Below are positions 37,917 through 49,211 of a stretch of 64,000 nt of DNA, piece after piece. Numbering within the stretch: the first letter of the stretch is position 1; each line of letters begins with the position of its first letter. Under the pieces are notes generated by a model. The model saw nothing but the letters and a program-made list of their open reading frames with translations. It was not told the origin of the DNA and did not search any database. Source of the stretch: an uncultured Gemmatimonadales bacterium (GTDB taxonomy: Bacteria; Gemmatimonadota; Gemmatimonadetes; Gemmatimonadales; GWC2-71-9); assembly GCA_963728915.1 (NCBI GenBank), contig CAVSLV010000002.1:320001-384000 (forward strand), written 5' to 3'. A program made the position numbers and the translations under genes.

Positions 37917-39219
37917 TCAGGCACCCCCGAAGGGGTCCTCGAGACTCGGGCTCTGCGGAGTGAACAGCTCGGCACCCTGTTCGGTGATGACCATGTCGTC
38001 TTCGAGCCGGATCCCGAACTCGCCCGGGATGTAAACCCCCGGCTCGTCACTGAAGGTCATGCCGGGTTGCAGTTTGAGCGTGTTCCCCCGCACCAGATAG
38101 GGCCATTCATGGCCGTCCATCCCGATCCCGTGGCCCACCCGGTGGGAGAAGTACTTGTAATCGGGACCGTAACCCGCGTCCACGATCACCTTCCGCGCCG
38201 CCGCGTCCACCGCCTGCGCTTCCACCCCGGGGTGCGCCGCCGCCAGCGCCGCCGACTGGGCCGCGTGCTCGATGTCGAACACCTTTTTCATCTTGTCGGT
38301 CGGCTTGCCCAGCACGAAGGTGCGGGTGATATCCGACTGATAGCCCTCCACCGTGCACCCGTCGTCGATCATGATGATGGTGCCTTCGCGGATCGTCTGC
38401 GGCGTGGCGGAGCCGTGGGGAAGCGCGGTGTACTCGCCGACCTGGACGCTCGCGAAGCCCGGGAACCCCATGCGGGCGTAGGCGGCGTTGATGAGCGACT
38501 GAACGTCGCCCTGCGTCATCCCCGGCTTGAGCGCGTGGTACGCCGCGGCGTACGCCTTGAGGGTGACCTGGTTGGCCAGCTTCATGAGGGCCAGCTCGTG
38601 CGCGTCCTTCATCATGCGACAGCCGGCGGTCACCGGCGTGGCGCTTCCCACGCCCGAGCGCCGGGGCCGCGGCGGCGATCCCGTCCGCGAACACGTACTT
38701 TATCGTTTCTTCGATCCCGACCCGCCCCGTGGTCAGTCCGGCGGTACGCAGGCCCTCCCCCACGCGCTGATAGGGACTCTGGTCTTCTTCCCAGGTGAGC
38801 ACCTGGGTGCCCCGGCCCAGCGGACCGGTCCTGGCCTGCTCCAGGGTTCGCTCTTCCTCGAACTTCGGAGTGACGATGAACGACTCTCCCTTGGCGGGGA
38901 TCACCACGCAGGTGAGCCGCTCGCTGTTGCCCCACCGCATCCCGGTGAAATAGACCAGCGAGGTCCCACCGGCCATGACGATCGCATCGAGCGCATTGGC
39001 CGACATCATGGCCCGGGCCCGCTCGAGACGATGACGTCGCTCCTCCACCGAAATCGGTGTCGCCTGGGACCGCATCGAGCTGAGCGCCCGAATGGACGGG
39101 GGGAGATCCTGGTCCTTCCGGGGAGCAGGACCTTGGGCCTCACCAGCCACGGCCGAAGTTGCTGCTCCGGCCAGGACGAACCCCGAGCTGCCGATGAATG
39201 CCCTTCGTGAGATCGTCAC
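37917..39219 (-). CDS. Xaa-Pro aminopeptidase (M24B) with Tat signal; indel near 38655
   Basis: SRRAFI; creatinase N-domain; PHGS, DDG..YQSDITRT, HRVGHGIG..HE, EPG and RLEDD motifs. Confidence 0.9.
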
Positions 39220-39340
39220 GCCATTTTCTCCTCTGTCAGAGCAAGGGACTTCCAACCCCGAGCCAGGTCCCCACCATCGCGAACAAATGTACAGCCTGGT
39301 GGATGACTCCCTTCGCCCTCAGCCCAGTCTGGCAACCGAC

Positions 39341-39397
39341 TTGACGCAAGCCGTTATCGATGTATATAACTATCTAGTTATTTAACTAATAGATTAA
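39341..39397 (+). promoter_or_regulatory. Sigma70 promoter with overlapping tandem ArsR-type operators
   Basis: TTGACG...TATATAAC promoter boxes; palindrome ATAACTA-TC-TAGTTAT (39366-39381) followed by imperfect TTAACTAATAGATTAA. The site is an AT-rich island. Confidence 0.65.
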
Positions 39398-39417
39398 TTA
39401 CGTTATCCGGCAAAGAT

Positions 39418-39768
39418 ATGCGCCCAGCGAACGATGCCCTCAGCACGACTTTCTCTGCCTTGGCCGATCCGACCAGGCGAGCGATTCTGGACCGGCTCTG
39501 CACAGGTGCGGCTACGGTAAAAGAGCTCTCCGCTCCCTTCGACATGAGCGGACCGGCGATCTCCAAACACCTCCGGGTGCTCGAGCGCGCCGGTCTGATC
39601 CAGCGAGGGAAGGAAGCCCAGTGGCGTCCGCGGACCCTCGATCCCAAACCCATCCAACAGGTCGCTGCATGGGCCCAGGGGTTCCGGCGGTTCTGGGACG
39701 CAAGCTACGCACGGCTCGACAACTACCTCGAACAGCTCAATCAGGAGACCCGCGATGAAGAGTGCTGA
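39418..39768 (+). CDS. ArsR/SmtB family transcriptional regulator
   Basis: FSALADPTRRAIL, SKHLRVLERAGLI and RFWDASYARLDNYL (the SRPBCC-associated subtype). Confidence 0.9.
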   Translation: MRPANDALSTTFSALADPTRRAILDRLCTGAATVKELSAPFDMSGPAISKHLRVLERAGLIQRGKEAQWRPRTLDPKPIQQVAAWAQGFRRFWDASYARLDNYLEQLNQETRDEEC

Positions 39769-39950
39769 CCCGAGTCGTGAAAGCGCCGAGAGCGCTGGTC
39801 TTCGAGGTCTACACGAGCCCGAAACATCTCCCCAACTGGATGACCGGTCCGGATGGCTGGACCATGCCGGTATGTGAAGTGGATCTGCGACCCGGCGGGA
39901 CCTGGCATTACGTCTTCCGGAAGTCGCACGGCACCGAGATGGACACGTGA
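39762..39950 (+). pseudogene. Truncated SRPBCC/AHSA1 family gene
   Basis: LTRVVKAPRALVFEVYTSPKHLPNWM.GP.GW.MPVCEVDLRPGG.WHYV is only the N-terminal ~60 aa of the domain. It stops 7 bp before the end of the convergent RND OMF gene. Confidence 0.65.
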
Positions 39951-39957
39951 CGGCGGC

Positions 39958-41460
39958 CTAGGGGCGCGGCTCGGCGGTCCAGCTTCCCCCTAACGCGCGA
40001 TACAACCGGACCGTCTGGACCAGGTACTGCCGCTCCTGCGCCACCAGCGCGAGCTGGGCGGTGAACAGGGACCGCTGGGCATCGAGCACTTCGAGATAGC
40101 TCGAGATCCCGTTGTCGTAGCGTTGCACCGCGAGCCCATAGGCCCGGGCCAGCGCCTGGGTCTGGGTCTCCTGCGCGGTGAGCTGGTCCCGGCTGAGCCG
40201 GAGGCCCACCAGCGCATCATCCGCCTCCCGGAATGCCTGGAGCACCGCCTGCTCGTAGCGGCTTCGGGCCTGGTCGGCCCGGGCCCGCGCGGCGCCGACC
40301 TGGTTCTCGAGCCGCAAGCCGGTGAAGATCGGGATCGAGACCCCGACCTGGCCCACGTAGATCTCGTTGCTCTTGGCGAACAGGCTGTCGAAGCCCTGGC
40401 TCTGCCGGCCGTACTGCCCGGTCACCATAACCCGCGGCATGATGTTGCCGATCGCGAGACCCACCCGGGCCGTGGCGGCCTGGAAGTCCCGCTCGGCCCG
40501 CATCACGTCGGGCCGGCGCAGCAGCAGGCCCGAAGGGATCGAATCGGGCACCTGAACCGCCTGGACCGCCTGCTCCAGCGGCGCGCCCCGGATCACCGGG
40601 CCGGGCGCCTCCCCGATCAGCAGGTTGAGCTGGTGCTCCTTCTCGGAGCGCTGCCGGGCAAAGTCCGCGAGCCGGGTGGCCGACCCGGCGGCATCTGCCT
40701 CGAACTGGCGAACGTCGAGCTCGGAGATGACCCCTTCCGCGAAGCGGCGTTGCGCCAGGTTCAGGGTGGCTCGGCGCGATGCGAGGGTTTGCTGCGAGAT
40801 CTCGACCGCCCGGTCGAGCTCGCGAAGCTCGAGATACGCCGTCACCACGTCACCCACCAGGGAAACCACCGCCGCCCGCTCGTCTTCCTGGCGGCCCTTG
40901 AGATCGAAGGAGGCCGCCTGGGTCTGCCGGCGGATCCGTCCCCAGAAGTCGAGCTCCCAGGCCAGATCGCCGGTCATCCTCACGACATCATATTGGAGGG
41001 CGCCGAGGGACCCGAAGACCACCTGGTTGGTGCTCGCGGCCGCGTTGAGGCTGAGCTGGGGAAAGAAGTCGGAACGCGCCACGCCCAGCATGGCCCGGTA
41101 CTCGCGAACCCGCGCGGTCGCCACCTGAAAGTCGCGATTGTTGGCGAGGGCCTGACGGACCAGGCGCACGACCGCGCTGTCGCCCAGCACATCGAGCCAG
41201 GCCCGGTCACTGGCCGAATCGAGCGCGAGGGGACGGGCGGCGGGAATGGCGGTCACCCCGGTATCGGTCCGGGCGCGCGCCGCGGCGAGCGAGTCGAAGA
41301 AGCTCCGCGCGCTCGAGCCCGGAAGCGAGTCGGCGATTCTCGGCGCGGGATAGTCGGGCGATCGCACGTTGGTCGAAGGCCCGATCGCACAGCCTGCGAA
41401 GACCAGAACCGCCAGCCCGATCGCGGTCCGCCGGTCCGCCTGTCCGCCTGTCCGTCTCAT
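39958..41460 (-). CDS. RND efflux outer-membrane lipoprotein (NodT/OprM family)
   Basis: Lipobox FAGC; ALANNRD, WELDFWGR, LLRRPDV, SYLEVLDAQR and LYRALGG motifs. Confidence 0.92.
   Translation of the reverse strand: MRRTGGQADRRTAIGLAVLVFAGCAIGPSTNVRSPDYPAPRIADSLPGSSARSFFDSLAAARARTDTGVTAIPAARPLALDSASDRAWLDVLGDSAVVRLVRQALANNRDFQVATARVREYRAMLGVARSDFFPQLSLNAAASTNQVVFGSLGALQYDVVRMTGDLAWELDFWGRIRRQTQAASFDLKGRQEDERAAVVSLVGDVVTAYLELRELDRAVEISQQTLASRRATLNLAQRRFAEGVISELDVRQFEADAAGSATRLADFARQRSEKEHQLNLLIGEAPGPVIRGAPLEQAVQAVQVPDSIPSGLLLRRPDVMRAERDFQAATARVGLAIGNIMPRVMVTGQYGRQSQGFDSLFAKSNEIYVGQVGVSIPIFTGLRLENQVGAARARADQARSRYEQAVLQAFREADDALVGLRLSRDQLTAQETQTQALARAYGLAVQRYDNGISSYLEVLDAQRSLFTAQLALVAQERQYLVQTVRLYRALGGSWTAEPRP
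41422..41453 (-). repeat. 8-mer tandem repeat GGACAGGC inside the OMF signal-peptide coding region
   Basis: Minus strand GGACAGGC x2, GGACCGGC, GGACCGCG, encoding [11 protein letters not shown]. Confidence 0.65.
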
Positions 41461-44400
41461 ACCGCCTCCCCTTCTGCCGTCTTCCGCCCCCGATCGGCCC
41501 AGCCGCGAATCACCGAGAAAAACAGCGGGATGAAGAAGATGCCGACTCCCGTCGCGATCAGCATCCCGAAGAACACCCCGGTGCCGATCGAGTGGCGGCT
41601 CGCGGCGCCGGCCCCGCCCGCAATGACCAGGGGGCTCACCCCCGCGATGAAGGCCAGCGAGGTCATGAGAATGGGCCGGAGCCGCTGCCGGGCCGCTTCC
41701 ATCGCGGCATCGCGAATGGATCGTCCTTCGCTCCTCAGTTTCGAAGCGAACTCCACGATCAGGATCGCGTTCTTCGCCGCCAGGCCCATGACCGCGATCA
41801 TCCCCACCTGGAAATAGACGTCCTGCGGCATGCCCCGGAGCCAGACCCCGAAGAGTGCGCCGAAGAACCCGAACGGAATGCCCAGGAGCACCGCGAAGGG
41901 AATCGACCAGCTCTCGTACTGCGCGGCGAGCACCAGGAACACGAGCATGAAGCCAAGCAGGATCACCGTCGAGCCGCCCCCGCCGGAAATCCGCTCCTGG
42001 AAGGTCTGACCGCTGTAGCCGTAGCCGATCCCCTGCGACGCGTACTTGGTGTCGAGCAGTTTCTCCACCGCCTTGATCATCTCGCCCGAACTCTTGCCGG
42101 GGGCCGGGCTCGCGGTGACCAGCGCGGAGGGGAATCCGTTGAAACGGCTGATGATGCTCGGGCCGCCCCGCATCTCGCTCGTGACCAGGGCCGACAGCGG
42201 GATCATTTCGCCCCGGTTGGAGCGAACGTAGAAGCGGCCGATGTCCTCGGGCCGCTGCCGGAACGGGATGTCGGCTTCGGCCTGCACCCGGTAGGTCCGC
42301 CCGTACAGGTTGAAGTCGTTGATGTACAGGGTCGACAGCATCGACTGCATGGTGGAAAAGATCTGACTGGTGCTCACCCCGCGTGCCTGGGCCACTTCGC
42401 GATCCACCGTCACATAGAGCTGCGGCACGTTGGCGCGGGCCAGGGTGGCCGCTCCGGTCAGCTCGGGCAGCTTGTTGAGGTCCTGCACGACCGCCTGGAC
42501 CTGTCCCAGGAAGGTGGCGTAATCCTGGCCCGAGCGGGCTTGGAGGTTGAGCTCGAGGCCGCTGGTGCGTCCTAACCCGGGGATCTCGGGAAAGTTGAAA
42601 GCGAAGCCGAACGCCTCCTTGATGCCGAACAAGGCCCCGTTCATCCGGCCCAGCGTGGCCTGGAGGCTCAGGTTCTTCCCCTTCCGCTCGCCCCAGGGCT
42701 TGAGCCGGATGAACATGGTGGCGCTGTTGGTCTGTTGCGAAAAAGTGAGCAGGTCGAGCCCCACCAGGGTCGTCGTCGCCGCGATCGCCGGATCGTGCAG
42801 CGCGATCTGCTCGACCCGGCTCACGACCTCCTCGGTCCGCTGTCGCGACGCGGCGTCGGGAAGCTGGAGCGCCATCACGAAGAAGCCCTTGTCCTCCTCG
42901 GGAATGAACGCTCCCGGGACCCGGCGGTAGAGCACGACCGTGAGGGCCACCACCACGGCAAAGAGCGCCAGCCAGGTCTTCGGCCGCCCGATGATCCGGC
43001 CGGTCCGGTTGACGTAGCGCCCCCGGGTTCGGTCGAACCAGTGGTTGAAGGCCTGGAAGAACCGGTTGGTGGTCTCCGCCGGCGAGTGCTTGAGCAGCGC
43101 GGCGCAGAGCGCCGGGGTCAGGGTCAGCGCGACGATGCCGGAAATGGTCACGGCGATGACGATCGCCAGCGCGAACTCCTTGTAGAGCGCTCCGGTGATG
43201 CCGCCCAGAAACGCCACCGGCACGAACACCGCCGCCAGTGACAGCACGATCGCGATCAGCGCGCCGGCCACCTGGCGGATCGCCTTGTCGGCGGCGAGCC
43301 GGGGCGGCAGGTGTTCCTCCTCCATGATCCGCTCGGTGTTTTCGATCACCACGATGGCGTCGTCCACCACGATCCCGATCGCCAGCACCAGTCCGAAGAG
43401 GGTGAGGCTGTTGATGGTGAAGCCAAGCATCTGCAGCCCGAGGAAGGTGCCGATGATGCTGACCGGCACCGCGAGGACCGGGATCAGGGTGGCCCGCCAG
43501 CTCTCCAGAAAGAGGAAGACCACCAGGGTCACCAGGATCATCGCCTCGATCAGCGTCTTGAACACCTCCTTCATCGACTCGGTGATGAAAGGCGTCGTGT
43601 CGAACGCGATGACCTGGTGGATCCCGGACGGGAACCCGGTTTCGAGCTCCTTCATCCGCTGAACCACCGCATTCTTCACCGCGAGGTTGTTGGCCTCGGG
43701 CCGGGCGCTCACCAGGAAGAAGGTGTTGGGCTTGCCATTGAACCGGCCGACCTGGTCGTAACTCAGCGCGCCCAGGTGGACCCGGGCGATGTCGCGGACC
43801 CGGAGCAGCGAGCCGTTGGGCAGCGCGCGCACGATCACCGCGCCGAATTCTTCCGGGGTCTTGAGCCGGCCGGTGGTCGTGACCGGCAGCGTGAGCTCGG
43901 TCCCCGGCGGCGCGGGCTCCCGTCCCAGCCGTCCCGCCGGATTGGTGGTGCTCTGCTCCCGCACCGCGGCGGCCACGTCCTGCACCGTGATGCCGAGCTG
44001 GGCCATCTTGTCCGGATCGAGCGAGAGCAGCATCGAAAAGTCGAGCCCGCCGAAGACGAAGGCGCTCCCGACCCCGGGAATCCGCTTGAGCTCGTCCTCG
44101 AGGTAGAGTTTGGCGTAGTTGGTGAGATAGGACGCGTCGTACCGGGGATCATCGCTGACCAGCGCCACCACCATGAGAATGTTGGCGCCGATCGCCTTCT
44201 GCACCACGACACCCTGGCGCCGGACCTCCTCGGGAAGCTGCGGCTCGGCCAGTTTGATCGCGTTCTGGACGTCGACCGCGGCGAGGTCCTGGTCGCGGGA
44301 GATGTCGAAATACACCGACATCGACATCGCGCCGCTGTTGGAGTTGGCCGACTGGTAGTACAGCAGGCCGTCGAGCCCCGAGAGCTGCTGCTCGATCGGC

Positions 44401-44652
44401 GCCGCGACCGCCTGCGCCACGTCCTCGGCGACTCGCGCCGGGGTAGATCGCGGTGACCTGAACCGCGGGCGGAGTGATCTGGGGGAAACGATTCACCGGC
44501 AGCCGCAGCATGGCGAAGCCGCCGAGCAGGACGAAGACGATCGAAATGACGGCGGCGAAGACCGGCCGCCGGATGAAGAGGTAGCGGGGCTTTTCCTCCG
44601 GGACAGGCGGCTCTCCGCCCAGGCCGGAGACCCCGAACGTGCTCGTGGTCAT
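41457..44652 (-). CDS. RND efflux permease (AcrB/MexB, HAE1); indel near 44430
   Basis: [35 protein letters not shown] and RLRPILMTS proton-relay motifs. Confidence 0.92.
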
Positions 44653-45781
44653 GGCCGGGCGGCTCCCGGGGCCTTGGTCGAATCCCCGGCCGCGACCACC
44701 CGCACCTTCATGCCGGGCCCGATCTTCTGGAGCCCGTCGACCACCACCCGGTCGCCGGCCGAGAGCCCGCTCTCGATCAGCCAGTTGTTGCCCTCCCAGC
44801 TCGAGGCGGTCACGTCGTGGATCTTGACCGTGTCGCCCGGGGCCACGACGTAGACACTCTGCCGGCCCATCGCCTGGACCACCGCGCGCTGGGGAATCAG
44901 GATCGCGCTGTCCCGGGTGAAGCCCAGCAGGCGGACCCGCACGAACTGGCCGGGAAGGAGCAGGTGCTGCGGGTTAGGAAAGACCGCCCGGAGCTCCTGG
45001 GTGCCGGTGGCCGGATCCAGGACCGGGTCGATGAAGCCGAGCTTCCCCGTGGTCGGGACCACCTGCCCGTTCGGCAGGGTCGCTTCGATCCGGAGCGGCC
45101 CGCCGGGCTGGAGCTTCCGGTTCGACTCCGGATGCTCCCGCCAGGCCAGGAGCTGCTGGCTGGAAGGACGGAAATTCACATAGATCGGGATCCAGGACGT
45201 CGATCGTGGTCAACACGTCCTCGGGTCCGCGAACCCGGGCCCCCACCTCGAGCATGGCCTGGCCCACCCGGCCACCGAGTCTCGGCCCGGACAGTGGCAT
45301 CGTTCATCGCCTTGCGGGCTCGATCGAGCGCACCACGGGCCGACTCGACGCCGGCCTCCGCCTGCTTCGCCTCCGCAACCGCGTTGTCGTAGTCCTGTTT
45401 CGAGATCGCATTGTCCCGCACCAGGGCGGTGAGCCGCTGGAGCCGCGACGCCGCATTGGCTTGACGGGCCTCTGCTTCCGCGAGCCGCCCCTGGGCCGCT
45501 CGCAAGTCGGCGTCATAGTTGGTGGGATCGATCCGGTACAGCACCTGACCCGCCTGCACCGCCTGCCCTTCGCGGAAGGGGCGCTCCACGATCACTCCTC
45601 CCACCTGGCTCCGGACCTGGACCCGCTTCGAGGCCTCCACTTCGCCGGAGAACTCGTAAGCCTGGTTCAGGGTCTTGGGCTCCACGGTCATGACCGCGAC
45701 CTCGGGCGGCGGCGGGGTGAACTGGGGAGCGGACTTGCAGGCGCCAACCAGCAGCGCGGTCACCATGAACCCCTTCCTCAT
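44649..45781 (-). CDS. RND efflux membrane-fusion lipoprotein (AcrA/MexA-like); indels at about 45180-45290
   Basis: Lipobox [37 protein letters not shown] and [11 protein letters not shown] motifs. Confidence 0.88.
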
Positions 45782-46422
45782 GTCCCCTCCTTCGCCAGTC
45801 CGCGTTCCAGTAGAGCCAGAAATTCCGTGAGTACTTCCTCGGGCGGCGACAACGGTCCCTTGCAGTGCTGCATCAGCCGCTGCCGTCCCATCACCATACC
45901 AATCACGCTCGCACTGATCACCCGAGACACATGCTCGGGATTCACTGGGCGGAATTCGCCATGCTTGATTCCTGACTCGATCACCCGCTGAAGCACCCGG
46001 GGGCATCGCATTCCAATTTCCCCGCTCACCACCAGCCCAGCCTCGGGACAACTCAACGCCGAGGCCATGCCCACCAGGAGAAGATCGGCGCTTCCCGGCC
46101 GGCTCAACCGGGTCCAGCTCCGCTCGATCAGGAGACGGAGGAGCTCGGCATAGCTTCCCCGGTGCTCCACCAGGAGCGCTTCGTCCTCTTCGGCTCCATC
46201 GAGGAAGCGATCGGCGACGACTTCGTTGAACAGGGTGGCCTTGCTGCCGAAGTAGTGCTGGACCGTTCCCGGGCTGATGCCGGCTCGCTCCGCAACGTGA
46301 GCGAGGGTGGCGGACTCGTAGCCTCGCTCACCGAAGACCAGCGCCGCGGCATCGAGAATCTCGCGACGGCGCTCGGTAGGACGGCGATGCCAGCGGGGGC
46401 CGGCGACTTCAGCTTCGGACAT
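45778..46422 (-). CDS. TetR/AcrR family regulator
   Basis: ILDAAALVFGERGY..TLAHVAERAGISPGTVQHYFGSK HTH motif. Confidence 0.92.
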   Translation of the reverse strand: MSEAEVAGPRWHRRPTERRREILDAAALVFGERGYESATLAHVAERAGISPGTVQHYFGSKATLFNEVVADRFLDGAEEDEALLVEHRGSYAELLRLLIERSWTRLSRPGSADLLLVGMASALSCPEAGLVVSGEIGMRCPRVLQRVIESGIKHGEFRPVNPEHVSRVISASVIGMVMGRQRLMQHCKGPLSPPEEVLTEFLALLERGLAKEGT

Positions 46423-46431
46423 GGGGCGGCA

Positions 46432-46459
46432 AATTTACCATACGATCAAATAATTGCAA
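46432..46459 (-). promoter_or_regulatory. Putative sigma70 promoter of the tetR-RND operon
   Basis: Minus strand TTGCAA-N16-TAAATT, 9 nt before the ATG, in an AT-rich patch. Confidence 0.45.
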
Positions 46460-46550
46460 GGCCGATCACGTTGAAAAGACAAGGGTTGCAAACCAGTCGA
46501 TGGGTATCTGGGTGAGCTAAACCATTGTCCGGCTGGCGATTCCACCGGGG

Positions 46551-47885
46551 TCACCGGTTCTGCTTTCGGGAATACCACGCCATGATCGCCGGGGTACTGA
46601 GACCATGCACCAGCACGCTCAGGGCGATCACCGAGATGGTGAGACTCGCCACGGTTCCGGCTGTTTCCCGATCGAGTCGTTGGGTCATGATGTACACGGC
46701 GAAATAGAGACTCGCCATTCCCCGGATCCCGAACCATCCCATCAACCATCGCTGGGACTCTCGGAGCGGGGCGTTCGCGAGCACCAGCCGGGCGACCAGG
46801 GGACGGATCACCACGAACAGCACGAGGGCGAGTGGGATGGCCCGGGCGTCCCAGTAACTGCCAAGCAGCACGCCCATGACCGCCACCAGCAGAAAGGTGA
46901 GGAGCCGTTCCGCGGTGTCTCCGAACGAGACCATTTCGGAGACCACCACCCCGGCAGCCACCGCCGGGGCGCGCAGTTGCTGGGTGGTCAGGTTCGCCTC
47001 GACGAGATGCTCGGCGGGAGGATGCCGTTCCCCGGGAGTATCGTCGTCGACCTCGGGATGAGGGAACCGCTCGACGGTGCGCACTTCGGCGCTTCGCATC
47101 CCGACGCCGGAGGCGAACGCCGCGAGGAAGCCGATCGCCCCGACCGCCTGGGTGACCGCGAACGCGATGGCGATGAGCGCCAGGGCGAGAAAATCGCTCG
47201 GCGCGCTGGTGACGCCCTGGCGGCTTCGGAACCGAATCGCCAGCAGGCCGCCGCCCCGTCCCACGAAATATCCGATCACCAGACCGCCCACGGTCCCCCA
47301 GAGCTCGCGCCCGGCAAACCACTCCAGCAACCAGCCGGTATTGCCTTCGTGCCGGAGCAATCCCAGGGCGAGCACCACAAAGGGAAACGCGAGACCGTCG
47401 TTGAGACCCGACTCTCCGGTGAGGCCGAACCGGACCCGGTCGCGGTCGGTAGCGCTCCCGACGGTCACCAGCTCCGAGAGCAGCGGGTCGGTCGGGGAAA
47501 GCATCGCCGCGAGGAGCAGCGCGACCGGGACGTCGAGGCCTAACCCGGCCCATCCGGCCAGGGTCAGGAGCCCGATGCAGCCCAGCATGCCGGGACCCGC
47601 CAGCCAGTACGCCGCCCGCCACTGGGGTGCCCGCCAGTCGGCCCGGAGCTTGAGCCCTCCGAAGAACAGGGCGATCACGACCCCGACCTGCAGCAGGGGA
47701 TCCAGCCATTCCGTCGCGCCGGGCAGGCGAATGTTCAGGACCCCGAATCCCTTCGGGCCGAGCAGAAATCCCGCGATCAGGTACACCACCGAGGGGGCCG
47801 CGGGCAGGTCCTGCACGTAGGCCGCCGCCAGCGCGAGGAGGAGCAGAAGGCCGCCGGCAACGAAGGTCCAGGCGAGGAACGACAT
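46551..47885 (-). CDS. CPA1 (NhaP-type) cation:proton antiporter
   Basis: LFFGGLK, LSPTDP, GESGLNDG and WFGIRG motifs. Confidence 0.9.
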   Translation of the reverse strand: MSFLAWTFVAGGLLLLLALAAAYVQDLPAAPSVVYLIAGFLLGPKGFGVLNIRLPGATEWLDPLLQVGVVIALFFGGLKLRADWRAPQWRAAYWLAGPGMLGCIGLLTLAGWAGLGLDVPVALLLAAMLSPTDPLLSELVTVGSATDRDRVRFGLTGESGLNDGLAFPFVVLALGLLRHEGNTGWLLEWFAGRELWGTVGGLVIGYFVGRGGGLLAIRFRSRQGVTSAPSDFLALALIAIAFAVTQAVGAIGFLAAFASGVGMRSAEVRTVERFPHPEVDDDTPGERHPPAEHLVEANLTTQQLRAPAVAAGVVVSEMVSFGDTAERLLTFLLVAVMGVLLGSYWDARAIPLALVLFVVIRPLVARLVLANAPLRESQRWLMGWFGIRGMASLYFAVYIMTQRLDRETAGTVASLTISVIALSVLVHGLSTPAIMAWYSRKQNR

Positions 47886-47892
47886 CGGCCGG

Positions 47893-48849
47893 CTACTTGA
47901 GGGAGAGGAGATAGGCCGCCATCGCATGCGCTTGGGAGCCGGCGAACTCCCGGAACGAGGGCATGGCAACGCCCGGCTTGAGCGACTGGGCCGCGGTGAT
48001 CCAGGCGGTCATGGTGCCCAGCGTGTTAGGAATGGCGCCCCCGGCGAGATCCAGCCGGGACCCCACGTGGGTCAGATCCGGGCCCACCCTGCCCGCCGCC
48101 ATCGTTCCCCGGATGGCATGACAGGCGGCGCAGGGACCGGTGGTCACCAGCCGCGCCCCCTCCGCGAGCTCCGAATCCGCCGGCGCCAGGGATGGCAGGA
48201 GCTGCTCCGCGCGCCATTGTTCGAACTGCTCCGCCGGCTCCGCCACCACGATGAGCTTCATGTTCGCGTGCTGGTCCCCGCAGAACTCGGCGCAATAGCC
48301 CCGATACACCCCGGGATGGGTTGCCAGGAAGCGGAGGGAGTCGGTCTGGCCCGGAATGAGGTCCATCTTCCCCTGCAGCTCGGGGACCCAGAAGCTGTGG
48401 ATCACGTCGGCCGTCGTGAGGGACAGGCGAACCGGAATGCCCACAGGCACGTGGAGCTCGTTGGCGGTCACGAACCCGCCGGCCTCGGGTGCGCGGATCT
48501 CCCACCACCACTGATGACCGATGATCTGGAAGGAGACGCCGTCGTCCCGGCTCTTGGGGTAGCCACCCATCTCCGACAGGGCAGTCAGGAACAACCCGAC
48601 CAGGATGAGGCCCGGCAGGATCGCTCCGCCGATGACGACCAACCGGGTTGACCGCCTGCTCAGGTCGGCCGGGACCGGCGACGTGGCGGGTCGATTCCGG
48701 ACGACTGCCATGATCAGGAGAACGATCACGATCACATAGACGACCACCGACACGACCATCAGCAGTCGGGTCAGGCTGGAGAGCCCTCCTGCCTCGACAC
48801 TTGCCGGCGCCAGCACCGAGGCACCCTGGGCCAGTTGCTCAGGCGTCAT
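47893..48849 (-). CDS. coxB: Cytochrome c oxidase subunit II with C-terminal cytochrome c (caa3-type)
   Basis: GHQWWW, DVIHSFW, CAEFCGDQHANM (CuA) and CAACH heme c motif. Confidence 0.93.
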   Translation of the reverse strand: MTPEQLAQGASVLAPASVEAGGLSSLTRLLMVVSVVVYVIVIVLLIMAVVRNRPATSPVPADLSRRSTRLVVIGGAILPGLILVGLFLTALSEMGGYPKSRDDGVSFQIIGHQWWWEIRAPEAGGFVTANELHVPVGIPVRLSLTTADVIHSFWVPELQGKMDLIPGQTDSLRFLATHPGVYRGYCAEFCGDQHANMKLIVVAEPAEQFEQWRAEQLLPSLAPADSELAEGARLVTTGPCAACHAIRGTMAAGRVGPDLTHVGSRLDLAGGAIPNTLGTMTAWITAAQSLKPGVAMPSFREFAGSQAHAMAAYLLSLK

Positions 48850-49211
48850 CGGATCGCCGTACACGGATTGGTGAGGAGCGGCGGAATCCCGAACAGGACG
48901 ATGCCGAAGAGAAAGAGCGCGCTGAGCCCGGTCCCGCCTGCCGCCATGAACCGCGCCCTGCTCGTGGCGGATGCAGGCGTGGTGCTGGCTTCGGCGCCGG
49001 TGTGACGCAGGTTGTCGATCGCGACCAGGAGGCCCGCGAGCCCGAGTCCGAACATGGCCGCGGAGATGACGATGACCCGGAACGCCGGATGACCGGCTCC
49101 CCCCGCCGCGCACCCCGTGGCGCCGAGCGGGTAGCCGGCCACCTCACAGAGGACCCAGGCCGATGGGGCAGCCACGACGCCGAACCAGAGCCGCCTGAGA
49201 GGTGGAATCAT
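48846..49211 (-). CDS. Small 3-TM membrane protein in the oxidase operon
   Basis: Hydrophobic ORF overlapping both neighbours by ATGA; three Cys residues (WVLC, ATGC, NPC). Confidence 0.65.
   Translation of the reverse strand: MIPPLRRLWFGVVAAPSAWVLCEVAGYPLGATGCAAGGAGHPAFRVIVISAAMFGLGLAGLLVAIDNLRHTGAEASTTPASATSRARFMAAGGTGLSALFLFGIVLFGIPPLLTNPCTAIR

Noticed and set aside
38640..38670. Programmed ribosomal frameshifting in split genes (M24 peptidase, RND, NCS1)
   Set aside because: No consistent slippery heptamer or stimulatory structure was seen. Indels are scattered across unrelated genes, which fits sequencing error.
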